A stretch of 64,000 bases of DNA from Octopus sinensis (GCF_006345805.1 NC_043020.1:28396001-28460000); one strand, 5' to 3'; positions 23,990 to 37,871 are shown, counted from the stretch's first letter. Notes: generated by a model from the sequence alone, not told the origin. Program-made: numbers and translations.

Positions 23990-24340
23990 TAAATGAGGCT
24001 TATTTTACAAACTAGTCCCCCTTGCAGTCCAAAAACTTTTTCCATCGGTGTTACAGTGATTGGATCCTATTGGTGAAGAAGCTTTCATCCTGTTGGTCAA
24101 AACAAATCCTCAACAGCAGATATGATGTCATCATCACTGCGATGCTGGTTCCTAGCCAAGTGTTTTTTCATGATGGAGAACAGAAGAGAGTGAAATGAGG
24201 CCAAATCAGGAGCATAAGGAGGGTGATCAACCAGATCAAAGTCACAGTTGTGCACAGCAGCCTCTGAAACTAAGGACTTATGTGCTGGAGAATTGTCCAG
24301 ATGAAACAAGACTTCTTTCGCCAGTTTTCCTAAACGTCTT
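23990..24340 (-). mobile_element. Mariner transposase C-terminal fragment
   Basis: FHLDNSPAH..DHPPYAPDLAS..LFSIMKKHL..SDDDIISAVEDLF matches the mariner HDNAPAH / HPPYSPDLAP motifs. Confidence 0.8.
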
Positions 24341-24967
24341 AAATTTGTCCAACAACATAGCGAAGAAAGAAATCCATGGATGTAAACTGTTTTGTCTTCG
24401 CCTTAGTAAAAAATGTGAGGAAGGGGAAAAACAATTATACTAATATCTTTATCTTTTACTTTTTTCTATCACTGGACTGTAGCCATGCTGGGGCACTGCC
24501 TTCAAGAGTTTTATCAAAAAATCAACCCCCTTAGTTATTTTTTTTAAAGTCTGGTACTTATTCTGCTGGTCTTTCAAGCTTAACAAGCACAGAACATTTT
24601 GGCCCTGGATGGAGGACCCAAGTCAATAATGGACAATACTATTTCCATAACTGGGGCCATTATAACTCATTGAAGTCAATGCCTGATCCCTATTACTCAT
24701 CTACCCTACAGCCCTCCTCTTGATATTTAGTATAATCCTTTCCCCCATCACACACTGTAATTCAGTAATTCTAAACTGCTATTGTCAGAGGACTTTCTCT
24801 ATCTTGCTCACGACCTTCAAATGCTGCCCCACTCCCTTTGGCTATCTCATAACCCTAACTCACACTGGACATCGCCACTACAATTGGCTTTTTGCTATTG
24901 TAAATAGGGTCTCCCTCATTCCTTTATCTATATGTGTCTGCATATATATAACAATATATGTGTGTGA

Positions 24968-25000
<33 letters not shown>

Positions 25001-25052
25001 CTAACAGAGACACACTGCGTTGCTTGGGATTAAAATGGTATAGTTTATATAT

Positions 25053-25409
25053 AATAGAAATATTAATATTTCTAAGTCTCTCCAAAGGAGACTATGGCAG
25101 CAGTACTGGATATTAATAGTTATCGCCAAGCTAACATGGCAGTCCTGAAAAATAGGACGAATGCGCTGCTGTTGATTAGCTCCAAGAGGCCATCGCCTCT
25201 AACTAGCTATATAACACACAGACCTGTGTCCATTATAACCTTTGAACAAGGGAGGTCAGCAGCTTCCCCTTGCTGGTCTGACATCTACAGACTAGTTTTG
25301 GGGTATTTACCCCTTATCAATGTAAAGTAGCCAAACACAGCAGGCATCGCTGCTGACCGTCTGTTCTGTATTCTCCTTAGAAAGATTTAGAAATATTAAT
25401 ATTTCTATT
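25053..25409. mobile_element. 357-bp element with ~40-bp terminal inverted repeats, each containing a perfect 20-bp palindrome
   Basis: tagaaatattaatatttcta at 25055-74 and 25388-407. Inverted match extends to aatag..agtctctccaaaggaga / tctccttagaaagatt..ctatt. Confidence 0.55.
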
Positions 25410-27445
25410 TTTGAAAACCAGTGGATGTATTCCATTGAATTTAGGTAAATAATCCTTCAAACAGTTAATATATATATATATATACAATTCATATATAAGG
25501 GCATACGTTTGCCCTTATTTATGAATTGTTTATATGCTGGCCATTGATAAGATTTTTTTCGAAAAAAATTTTATCCTACATTAAGATATATATATATATA
25601 ACTTATGTGTATATATATATATAAATATATAGATAGATATAATGTGTGCGTGTGTGAAAATGCATGAACGTTGACATATTCTACAGCTTCACTTGTCATT
25701 CACTGGCCAAAACGACTTACAAAACCAGTGTTTCTTATTGAAGGAAGGTTTGTGAGGACAGAAAAGAAGTTGGACAAACATCCATGGTTAATGAAATGGA
25801 GACGTTTTTTTTTTAACATATTAGATATTTTAAACATTGAATTAAAAATATTAAGGACTGAAGTTGAAGGCTGTTTGTGTGACTTGAACCCTCATCGTCT
25901 GTCAACATAGAAATTTTCCCATCCAAGGGGATTTTTAATCCAATATTTTTATGTGCTACTATTTAGAGCTTTATCTCCTTCAAAGTTTACAATTAAAAAC
26001 GAATCATTAAATCTATATTCTCTGCGTCTTCATCCTTGTTCCTTCATTTCAAATCCAAACTTGTAATCCCACCAAATATTTAGGTAGAAACGATTATCTC
26101 CCTTACACTAACGGGCCACCAAGTTAACACCACATTTCAAACAGTATTTGGTTTCCTCATTAACAGAGTCAGCTAATTGGGACTGGCCTAATTGAAAGAG
26201 AAATGGACAAATCAAATCGTTCTGTGCAATTTGGTTGCATTTCTTGAGAGCATATGGCTCAGTGGTTAGGGTGTTGCACTCACAATTGCAAGATTGTGGT
26301 TTCAATTCCTGGACCGGGTGCTACATTGTGTTCTTGAATAAGACACTTCATCTTGCATTGTTCTGCATCTATTCAGGCAACATCAGTTCGATGCAGAGAG
26401 TGAACTATTATACAGCACATACGATTGATCACTATTAATAAATCATTTGGACAAATTGTTCTTCATTTCTTGCAGAAACATCTTTCTTAGACTGCAAAAT
26501 ATTACCATTTATCTAATTTAGAGGGAAGACTAGCTATCCATCCATCCAAAAAAGGAAGGAAAGCAAAATATTTCTCCCATATTTTAGGCAGAGCGAACTG
26601 CTATTTGTCAATTTGAGAACCACTCTGGTAATTATTAAATAAGATTTTCTTAGAAGAAAGGAAGAATTTTAAAAAATTAAATAAAATTAAAAAGTTACAG
26701 CAGCTTTGTTTTACATCATTCTGTTTTTTTGGTTTCTTAAATCTAAACAAAATTCTTCCCTTGACAAATCAAACCTTAAATTAAAGCAAACCAAATCGAT
26801 AAAATAGTCCTTCCTGTGTTGTAACCATATCAAGATAATTACCTCCCATCCCACCCCATAAGACAACTACCCCCAACGACAACAACCCCCTAGGACAATA
26901 ACCCCATCTCTAATATATTAAGAAGTTTTAAATCATCTGTTGTCCTCAGGAGTAACTGCCCATGGGGGAAGCTGTTATTGTCCATGGGTGGGGTAAAAGA
27001 CTCCCTGTAACAGCTTTTTTCTTTATAAATAACAATGTTGAAAACATTTCCAGGTCTGGGGTCATTATGGGTCTTAGGGCAATTCTTGAGAAATTTTTCC
27101 AAATCTTATAACAACCATTTTCTTTTTTAAATTTCATTTTATACTTTTTTATTGAGCTGTATTTTCTCAACAAATACCATGTTACTTGCAGAAAAATTCA
27201 ATTTTATCTGTACAAAATCCAAAGAATTAGCAAAATTTATAAATAAAATTGACCTTTTTCACTCCACTTAACCTCGCCCTCCGTTTCTCTCTCTCTCTCT
27301 CTCTCGCTCGCATTCTCTCTCTCTTTCTCTCTCACTGTGTTACCTTACACAGTCTCACACACTTTACAACAAAATCAACTGGGAAACAGATTAAAATTCA
27401 GATATTTTAAAATCAGTTCAAGGCCGGAACCGGTAACGTGTGTCC

Positions 27446-29328
27446 TCAGTTGAGCTGTACAAGTTCTTGCTTAACACTGAAGCTTGGATCAAATGCCGAG
27501 CTTGACCCTCCAGTAGAATTCTCATCAACAACATCTGAGTTATCAACAACATCAACAGGAGGGGGCCCTGGAGATGATGTTTCGTAGACATTTGAGCCAA
27601 TTTTGTTGTAAAGGTTCATATCAACTCGCAGATACTGCAACATCTGCTTGTTCTTCTCATCAAGCTCTAAAGGATGCTTACGTTTAAAGCGCCAGTACAC
27701 TTTTTTGTTTGATGGATGCTTAATTCTTTCAGCAGCACCGACGCCAAACTCTGAGACCTTTTTAAAGAACAACACCGACACCCAGACAGGGTGTCGGTTA
27801 TTGGTGGCTTGTTGTTTCACGGGTGGCGCGATGGACTTTTGAGCAGCTGTCGTAGCCGACACACCCGTTCCATCATCATAACACTCAAGCAAGCGCTTCA
27901 TTCGTTTGCCGTGATTAGTGATAAAGGATGCCTTGTCCATAGTGTAAAATTCTGGAATAAAAGGGATCTCATAATCATCATCAGCAAGGACTACTTGAGG
28001 CTGGTCCCATTCTTTGGGTAAACTATTAATGGGTGGCAAAGGTAAGTTCTGAGTGCTGGGAGACGTTTGTATGCCGGACGGGAGAACACCAAGGGCTGTA
28101 GATTGAGCAGGAGTAGGGGGGATAGAAAGGACGGCAGATGAGTTGTGGGTATTTTGTTGTTGCTGTTGTTGTTGAGATGCTGCTGCAACTTGCTGGTTAG
28201 ACTGTTGCTGAGCTTGCTGTTGGACTTGCTGTTGCTGCTGCTGTGAAACAACAGCGGCTGCTGCAGCTGCCTGCGATGCGGAGTGTGCAGCTTGTGCACA
28301 GTACTGTTGTTGTTGTTGCAAGGCAGCTGCAGCAGCGGAAACATTGACAGAAGGCTGAAGACCAAGAGACATTCCAGACACCAACATCAATGCAAGTTTT
28401 TGCTCCATGAAATATTTGCTTAGTTCAATGGCTTTGTGTAGAGTTTCACTGTCGATAACCAAATCCCATTCATAAATAGCTGGATTTGTAGCCTGCATCG
28501 TAAACTCGCAAGCGTTCATTAAGGCCTTCAGCACACCTGCCATACGTACAATCTGACCAAGAGACTTCTCAATGGCGCTTCGACGACGTTCATCGTGATC
28601 CAGTTGACTAACCATGCTTGCCCACTCTTCGTCGTGCACACGGCACAGATCTTTCCAGGCTTCTGTCGAGAAAACATATTCTCGGTTTTGTTGATGATAT
28701 GTATGAAGTGTTTGAAAAATAGTTTTCATAGGAGGTGTGTCGGTAGTGAGAGGAATCGAATTCCAGATGGTTGAAAAGTTGGGATTGTGAGGGCAAGCTA
28801 CTAAATAGCGACTACTAAGCCAGGTTTGACCGTTGAGAAATAAATCCACGACATATTTTGGGTGACCCATACCTGTGTGATTAAAGCAGGTAGAATCTAA
28901 AGTTGTCATTTCACCATTCTCTACGTGAAACATTGGACCGCCATCATAGAGAACCAAGAGTTGATCGGGTCCTTTAGAATTTTCTTGGTCTAGTTCTAGC
29001 ATTTTGTGTAACTGATGGAGGTCTTCAGCAAAACACAGAATTTGTCCACTGTTCTTTCGAAGTACATGAGATAAATCTTCGTGAGTCATTGGCCCAGCAA
29101 TTAATTTTTGAGGTCCGGGGCCACTGTGAGGTGGAGCGCCAGGGGAAGTAGGACGTGATAAATGCCATTGCTTTTCGAGTTCTCTCTGGATTTCTAAAAG
29201 TGGTGTCATAAGTTGGCGGAGGGCAGCAGATTTCCGTGTGCCTGGGTAGGCACCAATCATTGTCCAAACTACAGGTGGTTCCTGCCATAGTTGATTCACT
29301 TTTATTTTTGTCTTTCTGCCCATCAGAG
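27446..29328 (-). CDS. Exon 2 of a DUF3987/YfjI-like AAA+ domain protein with poly-Q/A tract (702 aa spliced)
   Basis: 625-aa ORF preceded by acceptor ttttttttacAG (29329-30). Walker A-like GAYPGTRKS, LLVLYDGG, SSRYLVACP, FSTEAW, KSLGQIVRMAGVL and IDSETLHKAIELSKYF follow the DUF3987 motif order as I recall it. Confidence 0.85.
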
Positions 29329-30946
29329 CTGTAAAAAAAGAAAAAAAATTCTTTTAATATTTTTTTTTAATAACAAAAATCATTTAATTATCTCGTTACC
29401 AATATTTAAATAAGGTGATCACAAAATAGACAGCATTGGACAGATTATAATGGTATTAAGTTGCAATTCTTTACATTAAGTGTTTGAATCTGATAAGGTT
29501 GACTTATGATTCATCCTTGTGCTAGGCATGGCTTTGTGGTTAAGACTGCTTCTCAACCATGTGTTTTTGAGTTCAATTCTACTTTATGACACCTTGCACA
29601 AGTGTCCTCTATTAAAGCCTTGGGCTAGTCCAAGCTGTGTAAGTAGAGTTTGTAGATAGAAACTGAAAGAAGCTCATCATATTTGTGTATGTGTGTGTGT
29701 GTCTGTGTGTCCTTGTCTTGACATCCCATGACAGTCGTAAACAAGCCTCATCGTCATACAAATGGTGTCTTTTGTTTCCAATTTTCAATGAATTCATTTC
29801 TGGCCACAGAGAAAATGGAAACAAGTGTAGGTTAGTGACAGGAAGAGCATCCAGCCAGAGTTGAGGCAGGTCCAGTTTGACATCATTGGTTGTTTTTAGC
29901 TCGCATGCTTCTGAGTTCAATCCCACCATGTGGCACCTTGGGCATGTGTCTTCAGCTGTGGCTCCAAACCAACCAAATCTTGGAAGACAAAAACTGAAAG
30001 AAGCCTGCCTCGTGTGTGCATGTGTATGTGTGTGTATGAATATGTTTGTGTCTCCTTGTCTTGACATTGCGTGGTAGTTTGTAAATGAGTGTCACTGTCA
30101 TACAAGCAGTGTCGTTCATTTCCAATATTCTGTGAAGACATATTTGGCCATGGGGGAAACATTACCATTACTTGGAAAAGAGGTAAGGGTTGGTGGCAGG
30201 AAGGGCATCCAGCCATAGAATATACACCCCAATAAACTCTGTCTGACCCATGCAAGCAGTATAAAGGGGACATTAAAATGATGACGATGATGATGATAAT
30301 CCAAACTGAACATGAATTAGATATGAACACACACACCCACACACAGTCTAGAAAATTAGAATATTATGCCAAAAATGGTAAGTTGTCATCAAGTCAGAAC
30401 ATCAAAATTTCTTTGGCATTAAGTGCCCCCCCCCCCCAATATTTCATTGATGTCAGTTCACATTTGTGTGTTTATCTCAAAATATGAGAATGTACTGTTT
30501 CATAAAAAACATCATCATAAGCACAGCTATGGCTGTGTGGTAGGAAGTTTGCTTCCCAACCACATGGTTCCGGGTTCAGTCTCACTGCGTGGCATCTAGG
30601 GCAAATGTCTGCTACTATAGAGCAGAGCCAACCAAAGCCTTAGTGAGTGGATTTGGTAGAAGGAAGCTGGAAGAAGCCCATCGTCTATATCTATATCTAT
30701 CTACCTATCTGTGTGAGTGTGTGTGTGTGACATGTTTGACACCACCACTGCTTAACAACCAGTGTTGGTGTGTTTAAATCCCTGTAACTTAGCAGTTGAG
30801 CAAACGAGACTGATAGAATAAGTACCAGGCTTTAAAAAACGGTTTTTGTGTTCCTTAAATGGCTAATAAACACCTTCCACGCTGCAATTGTTTTCGTTCT
30901 AGCACACAATCTCAGATCAGGTCACTTGCTAAGCATGTACATCTCC

Positions 30947-30984
<38 letters not shown>

Positions 30985-31541
30985 AGTGGTGTATAACTGG
31001 CCCACTTATGAGTACCCTTCATTCATTGGACAATAAACTTTGTTTGTGAAGACCTATTGAGGCAAGTGAAATCAAAATTACTGACGTGACCAATAACAGC
31101 TCCGCCTGATTGGCACTTGTGCCAGTGGAACGTTAAGTGCACCATCTGAGAGTGATCATTGCCAGGGTCATTAACTGGCTCTCGTGCCAGTGGCATGTAA
31201 AAAGCACTATTCGAGCATGATCATTGCCAGCGTCACCTTACTGGCACATGTGCCGGTGGCATGTGAAAAACAACATTCGAGTGTGGTCATTGTCAGTGCC
31301 GCCAGACTGGGTCCCGTGCAGGTGGCATGTAAAAAACACCTATTGAGCATGGTCGTTGCCAGTGCTGGTGGCACGTAAAAGCACCCACTACACTCTTGGA
31401 GTGGTTGGCGTTAGGAAGGGCATCCAGCTGTAGAAACTTTGCCAGATTAGATTGGAGTCTGGTGCAACCTTCTGGCTCACCAGTCCTCAGTCAAACCGTC
31501 CAACCCATGCCAGCATGGAAAGCGGATATTAAACGACGATG

Positions 31542-31574
<33 letters not shown>

Positions 31575-32816
31575 TACTCTTTATACTTAATATAAATATA
31601 TATATACGCACACGTTTTATAGACACTGATTGTTGTCTAATTTGTGTCATATGTCATAAAACTTGTAAGACAATGTCTGGACTTAAAAGACATATGCTAG
31701 TTTCCAAAAACATTCCTTTAGAATCAGATTCCAAAGGGCAAAGATGTAGAAAAAACTTGAATGATATCCCTGTTACTTGTGTTTTAAACCCTGTCAGTCA
31801 GCAGCTGGTCTTAAAAGTCATCTGTGGGCTCATCAACAGAGGGATTGTGATGGGGTGTGGTGTGTGTGTGTGTTGATAGGACGGCTATCATAAATGGCAC
31901 CCATGTCAGTGACATGTAAAAGCACCCACTACACTTTCAGAGTGGTTGACGCTAGGAAGGGCATCCATCCATAGAAAAACATTCCAAATCAAACTGGAGT
32001 CTGGTGCAGCCTTTCAGCTTGCCAGCCCTGGTCAAACCGTCCAACCTATGGACAACAGGCGTTAAATGATGATGATAAGAATGATGACGATACACTCAGC
32101 AGGATTCCTCCAGTTTCTGTCAAAGAAATCCACTTACAAGGTTTTGGCCAGCCCAGGGTTATAGAAGACATTTACCCATTCAGTTAGACTCAACATAAAA
32201 CCATAGGATAACTTTGTCTTACTCTGTTAGAGGTGTATATCAATAACGGCATTTTGGACAACGACCAGATCACAAGACTTAACCAGAACTAAAGCGCCAC
32301 CGTTTCCAGCAAGAACAAATTATTTTATTTATAGGTGCAGCCACGGCTGATTGGTATGTAGTTTGCTTCCCCATCACATGGTTCTGGTTTCAGTTCCACT
32401 ACAAGACACCTTGGGCAAGTGTCTTCTAATCATAGACTCAAGTCAACTGAAGCCTTGCGAGTGGATTTGGTAGACAGAAACTGAATGAAGCCCCTGGTGT
32501 GTGCGTGTGTTTGTCCTCCTCCACCACCACCACCACCACTTGAGGATGGGTGTTGGTTTGTTTCCATTCGCATAACTTAGCAATTAGGCAAAAGAGACCA
32601 ACAGGCTTTAAAATAGAACAATAAGTCCTGGCATCAATTCATTCAACTAAAAATTCTTCACGGCAGTGCCCCAGCATGGCCACAGTCTAATAACTGGAGC
32701 AAGTAACAGATAAAAGATTATAAGAGTTATATAAAAAAAACTATTATCTGAAGGATTACCTCTCTGATGTAATCAGACAATGATGTTGTAATTTTGATTG
32801 AGATAAGCAGAATTCA

Positions 32817-33215
32817 TATACTCTTTACTCTTTTACTTGTTTCAGTCATTTGACTGCGGCCATGCTGGAGCACTGCCTTTAATCGAGCAACTCGACCCCG
32901 GGACTTATTCTTTGTAAGCCCAGTAATTATTCTATCGGTCTCTTTTGCCAAACCACTAAGTGACGGGGACGTAAACACACCAGCATCGGTTGTCACGCAA
33001 TGCTAGGGAGACAGACACAGACACACAAACATATATATATATACATATATATGACGGGCTTCTTTCAGTTTCCGTCTACCAAATCCACTCACAAGGCTTT
33101 GGTCGGCCCGAGGCTATAGTAGAAGACACTTGCCCAAGGTGCCACGCAGTGGGACTGAACCCGGAACCATGTGGTTGGTTAGCAAGCTACTTACCACACA
33201 GCCACTCCTGCGCCT
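32817..33215 (-). mobile_element. Family-2 SINE, full length
   Basis: Reverse complement of the 38512-38900 copy. Confidence 0.85.
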
Positions 33216-33629
33216 ATATATTTGTCTGTTGATAACCATTTTAATTCTACAGGACTTCCATTGCTATTTGGAGTCGTGGTACTCCGTCGGTTACGACGAT
33301 GAGGGTTCCAGTTGATCCAATCAACGGAACAGCCTGCTCATGAAATTAAAGTGCAAGTGACTGAGCACTCCACAGACACGTGTACCCTTAACGGAGTTCT
33401 CGGGTAGATTCAGTGGATATTTATTTCGAATAACTGTTTTTCGAATAATTGTTTTTGAACAATTTTCACAATGCGATCAATTTGATGGAACAGGTAAGCT
33501 AATGCACAACACAAACATTTGACCACAGGTAAACAAATCAGTGCAGTTTGTTCAGCCAACAAAATGCTGACCCCATCGTCTGCCATTTATGACAAGACAG
33601 TCCACCATATATATATATATATATATATG

Positions 33630-34070
33630 TGCAGAAGAGTCCAGAAGCTAGCTACCCGCATGGTTCTTGGTCTCAAGCATTTGTCTTATGAAGAAAGGCT
33701 GAAGACGCTCGACCTTTATTCTCTAGAAAAACGACGACGCCATGGTGATCTCATTCTTGCTCACAACATCATAAGCGAAAAATGTAACCTCTCAAAAGAG
33801 CTGTTCTTCACTCCTGCTCCAGAGCGTCGGCTGCGGGGTCACTCCGAAAAGCTCTATCTGCGATGATTTCATCTCAATTGAAGGAGAGGGGCTTTCTCCG
33901 TCCGGGTTGCAGATCCATGGAATAAGCTGCCGGACAAGATAGTGAAGATGCTGACGACCGCTCGGTTCAAAGTCTCTCTTGACCAGAAATGGCCTGAACT
34001 CTTTGCATGAACACCCTCCCTGTCCCTCTACATGGCCTTGCTTTTTGCTTTTTGAGCCAAAAAATTAACT
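33630..34070 (+). mobile_element. CR1-type LINE 3' fragment
   Basis: RVQKLATRMVLGLKHLSYEERLKTLDLYSLEKRRRHGDLI..RLRGHSEKL. Sister copy at 61070-61380 on the minus strand. Confidence 0.85.
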
Positions 34071-34787
34071 TATATATATATATATATCATTTATCTTTGC
34101 TTCACTCATTGAACTGTGGCCATGCTGGGGCACCAACACATTGATTCCAGTATTTATTCTTTAAGTCTGATACTTATTCCATCAGTCTCTTTTACCAAAC
34201 CGGCAAGTTACAGGAATGTAAACAAAACAATACTAGTTGTCAAGTGTTAGTGGGGGGCAACCACAGACACACGCACGCGCATATATATATATATATAGTG
34301 GGCTTCTTTCAGTTTCCATCTACCAAATCCACTCACAAAGCTTTGGTCTCCTTGGGCTTGTAATAGAAGACGCTTGCCCAAGATGCCATGTAATGGGACT
34401 GAACCTAAGACCATGTGGTCAGGAAGCCAGCTTCTTACAACACAGCCATGCCTGTGCCTGTGTGTGTGTGTGTGTGTGTGTGCATCCACACTGTATTAAA
34501 GCTGAAAAAAAATCTTCACAGACCGTTACTCCATTTCACATTACTCTCCATCAGACAATTGTGATCACAAGTGTCCGATGAACGGTAATGTGAAATTCTG
34601 AGAAACAGTTTGTGAAGATATTTTTCAACCTTAATAAACAGCATGTTACTCTGCCTTCAGTATATTTGTACTATTTCCTCCACCTTGTTTTGCATTTATG
34701 AGCTTACTTATGTGTGTGTGTGCATCATCATCATTTAACGTCCGTGCATATATATATATGTATGTATGTGTGTGTGTGTGTGTGTGG

Positions 34788-35078
34788 AGGCGCAATGGCC
34801 CAGTGGTTAGGGCAGCGAACTCGCGGTCATAGGATTGCGGTTTTGATTCCCAGACCGGGCGTTGTGAGTGTTTATTGAGCGAAAACACCTAAGAAGCTCC
34901 ACGAGGCTCCGGCAGGGGGTGATGATCCCTGCTTTACTCTTTCACCCACTCTTCTTCTGTTGGCCTGCTCGCTTAGCCAGCAGGGTGGCATCATTCGAAG
35001 GCTAAAACAATACGAACGCATTGTGACCAGCGATATGTAACTACATCTGATGGACTGGTCGGTCACGTGATCACGTGA
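34788..35078 (+). mobile_element. tRNA-derived SINE, family 4
   Basis: ggcgcaatggcccagtggttagggcagcg (A box) ... ggttttgattccc (B-like), a ~220-bp body, and a gtcacgtgatcacgtga tail next to (TA)n. Confidence 0.65.
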
Positions 35079-35113
35079 GATATATATATATATATATATA
35101 TAAAATAAATAAT

Positions 35114-35669
35114 AAATAAATATAAGAGAGTGGTCACTATATGGCTCACTCTAGCACCAGTTAATCCAAAAGGTTTCAACCACAAAAATACATGTTTCCC
35201 ATGAAAGTCAGTACGATTGTTAGCTCACACGGACAGGGCAAATAAAAAATAACAAAAATACAGATTATTTTGGGACAATTGTTTCGCTATTAATGAATTA
35301 AATGTAATTTTACTTACAAAAAAATCCACTTGTAGCTCGTCAGCCAAAACTATCTGGATGAAATCCACTCAATCAATCAATTTATCGTTATGGTAAAATC
35401 TGGTGTGTGATTGAGTGGATTTCATCCAGATAGTTTTGGCTGACGAGCTACAAGTGGATTTTTTTGTAAGTAAAATTACATTTAATTCATTAATAGCGAA
35501 ACAATTGTCCCAAAATAATCTGTATTTTTGTTATTTTTTATTTGCCCTGTCCGTGTGAGCTAACAATCGTACTGACTTTCATGGGAAACATGTATTTTTG
35601 TGGTTGAAACCTTTTGGATTAACTGGTGCTAGAGTGAGCCATATAGTGACCACTCTCTTATATTTATTT
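35114..35669. repeat. 556-bp fold-back: two ~262-bp arms and a 32-nt loop
   Basis: 35114-35375 is the reverse complement of 35408-35669; no mismatch seen by eye. Confidence 0.92.
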
Positions 35670-35999
35670 TGTAAAAATATTATAATATATTATAAAATAT
35701 TATAATAATCCAGGTTTCTCGGAGCACTAGGCCACTTGGTGTTGAATAGATATACTATTAAATTAGTATCTAATTCTCTCACCCTTATTAATTAATTATA
35801 TATATATATATATATATATCATCATTATTATCATCGTCATTTAGCATCCGTTGTCCATTCTGGCATGGATTGGATGGTTTGACCGGGGCTGGCAAGATGG
35901 TTCAACATGGTTTCTAAGGCTGGATGCCCTTCCTAATACCAACCACACCAAGAGTGCAATGAGTGCTTTTACATGTGACACCAGTATCTGCCACAGATG

Positions 36000-36775
36000 G
36001 TCCTGCTCGAACTGTAGATAAGATGCAGGTAGAAGCTCCATAAGATGTACCCAGTGTAAGCTATGGACACAAAAGAGGTGCAGTAATATCAAAGAAGGCT
36101 AACTGGGAAGATAGTTTTTGTATGTGGCAGATGCTCTGGAGAAATAAACACTGAAAATGTGCAGAGAACAGCTTCTGCCACATTCCAGGGAGAAAAACTA
36201 TAAGTAGTTTCCATTACCTAGGTGACCAAGTCAGTAGTGGGGGAGGATGCTCTGAAAATGTAGCTGCTAGAATAAGAATAGCCTGGGCAAAGTTCAGAGA
36301 GCTCCTACCTCTGCTGGTGACAAAGGGCCTCTCGCTCAGAGTAAAAGGTAGACTGTATGACGTATGTGTACAAACAACCATGCTACATGGAAGTGAAACA
36401 TGGGCCGTGACTGCTGAGGACATGCGTAAGCTTGCAAAGAATGAAGCCAGTATGCTCCGCTGGATGTGTAATGTCAGTGTGCATACAGGACAGAGCATAA
36501 GTGCCTTGAGAGAAAAGTTGGAACTAAGAAGCATCAGAAGTGATGTGCAAGAGAGACGTTTGCGCTGGTATGGTCATGTGTTGCGAATGGATGAGGACAG
36601 CTGTGTGAAAAAGTGTTACACCTTAGCAGTTGAGGGAACCTGCGGAAGAGGCAGACCCAGGAAGACCTGGGATGTGGTGGTAAAGCATGACCTTCGAACA
36701 TTGGGCGTCACCGAGACGATGACTAGTGACCGAGACCTTTGGAGATATGCTGTGCTTGAGACCACGGCTGTATAA
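36000..36775 (+). mobile_element. RTE-clade LINE 3' fragment
   Basis: [50 protein letters not shown]. Confidence 0.85.
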
Positions 36776-37871
36776 CCAGCTAACTTAGGAGTAACCTTCA
36801 TTCATTGGACAATGAACTTTGTTTGTGAAGACCTGTTGAGGCAAGTGAAATCAAAATCGACAGAAGCTATCAACAATCGCTAAGGATCCTTGTCTTTGGA
36901 GGACAGAACAGGAAGGGACACTGGACAGAGGTAGCAAGAGTGTATAAAAAGAAAGCAAGATGGGGGGGGGGGGTAAAATATGAATTGGATAGAATGAGTG
37001 GGGAAGAGAGAAGATGATGGCCCAGAGACTGGATAGGATGTAAGTAATAAAATAAAGGGTGAAAGTAGTAAATTAAGGGAGAGTTAATCAATGATATATG
37101 AGTTGAGGATTAGAAGAACATGATAATGAAGGGGGTAGATGGGGGGGGGGGTCAAGTGAAGTGGTTTTGGAGAGTAAAGATCACTAGAATCACAGAAAAA
37201 GATGATTTATAAAGTATGTTGTTCTGCCTTCATTTGGATTAGCAGATAACTGAAGTTGGCAAGTGAGAGAGGGGTCAGTTATAAAGAATAAGGAGAATGA
37301 GGGAAGATTAGACGAGGAAATTTGGTTAGGGGCCTAATTGTATATACAGACATTCTGTTTCCAGGACCTCAGCTACACCATAATGGCTGAGTCTTCTCAA
37401 ACACCACATATCACCAAATATTCTAGTCATTTGTTGTCCCCACTTGGTAGGATTCAAACTCCTGTGATCAGCCCTCACCCCTTGATCACAAGACTCTCCT
37501 CCACAAGTTCCCCTCATGAATCAGTCATTTGGTTTCACACCACCAGTTGGTCCTTCTGTACTTTTCGTCGAGTCCATTTAGTTGACAGCATTCAGGCCAG
37601 GTCTCTGGCATAAGGATACCTTTCTGCATCCCTCCCATGAATTGCAGAGGCCCTGTAAAGGGTCCTAGGTGCTGCCTTATCCTCCTGACTAAAAAAATTA
37701 AGATAATTCACTTATTAGGCATTGTTCAGCCAAGGGCTAATGTAGCAGACACTTGGCCAGTGTACGACAAAGTGAAACTGAACTCAAAAGCATTTGGTTG
37801 CTAAACAAACTCCTTAACTACATGACCCAGTCTGTGCCTATGGTGTACACACACAATATAGATACATGCAT

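Noticed and set aside
34788-34860. tRNA-like sequence (also the heads of other SINEs)
   Set aside because: No complete cloverleaf or acceptor stem, and it continues into a SINE body. Treated as a SINE head, not a tRNA gene.
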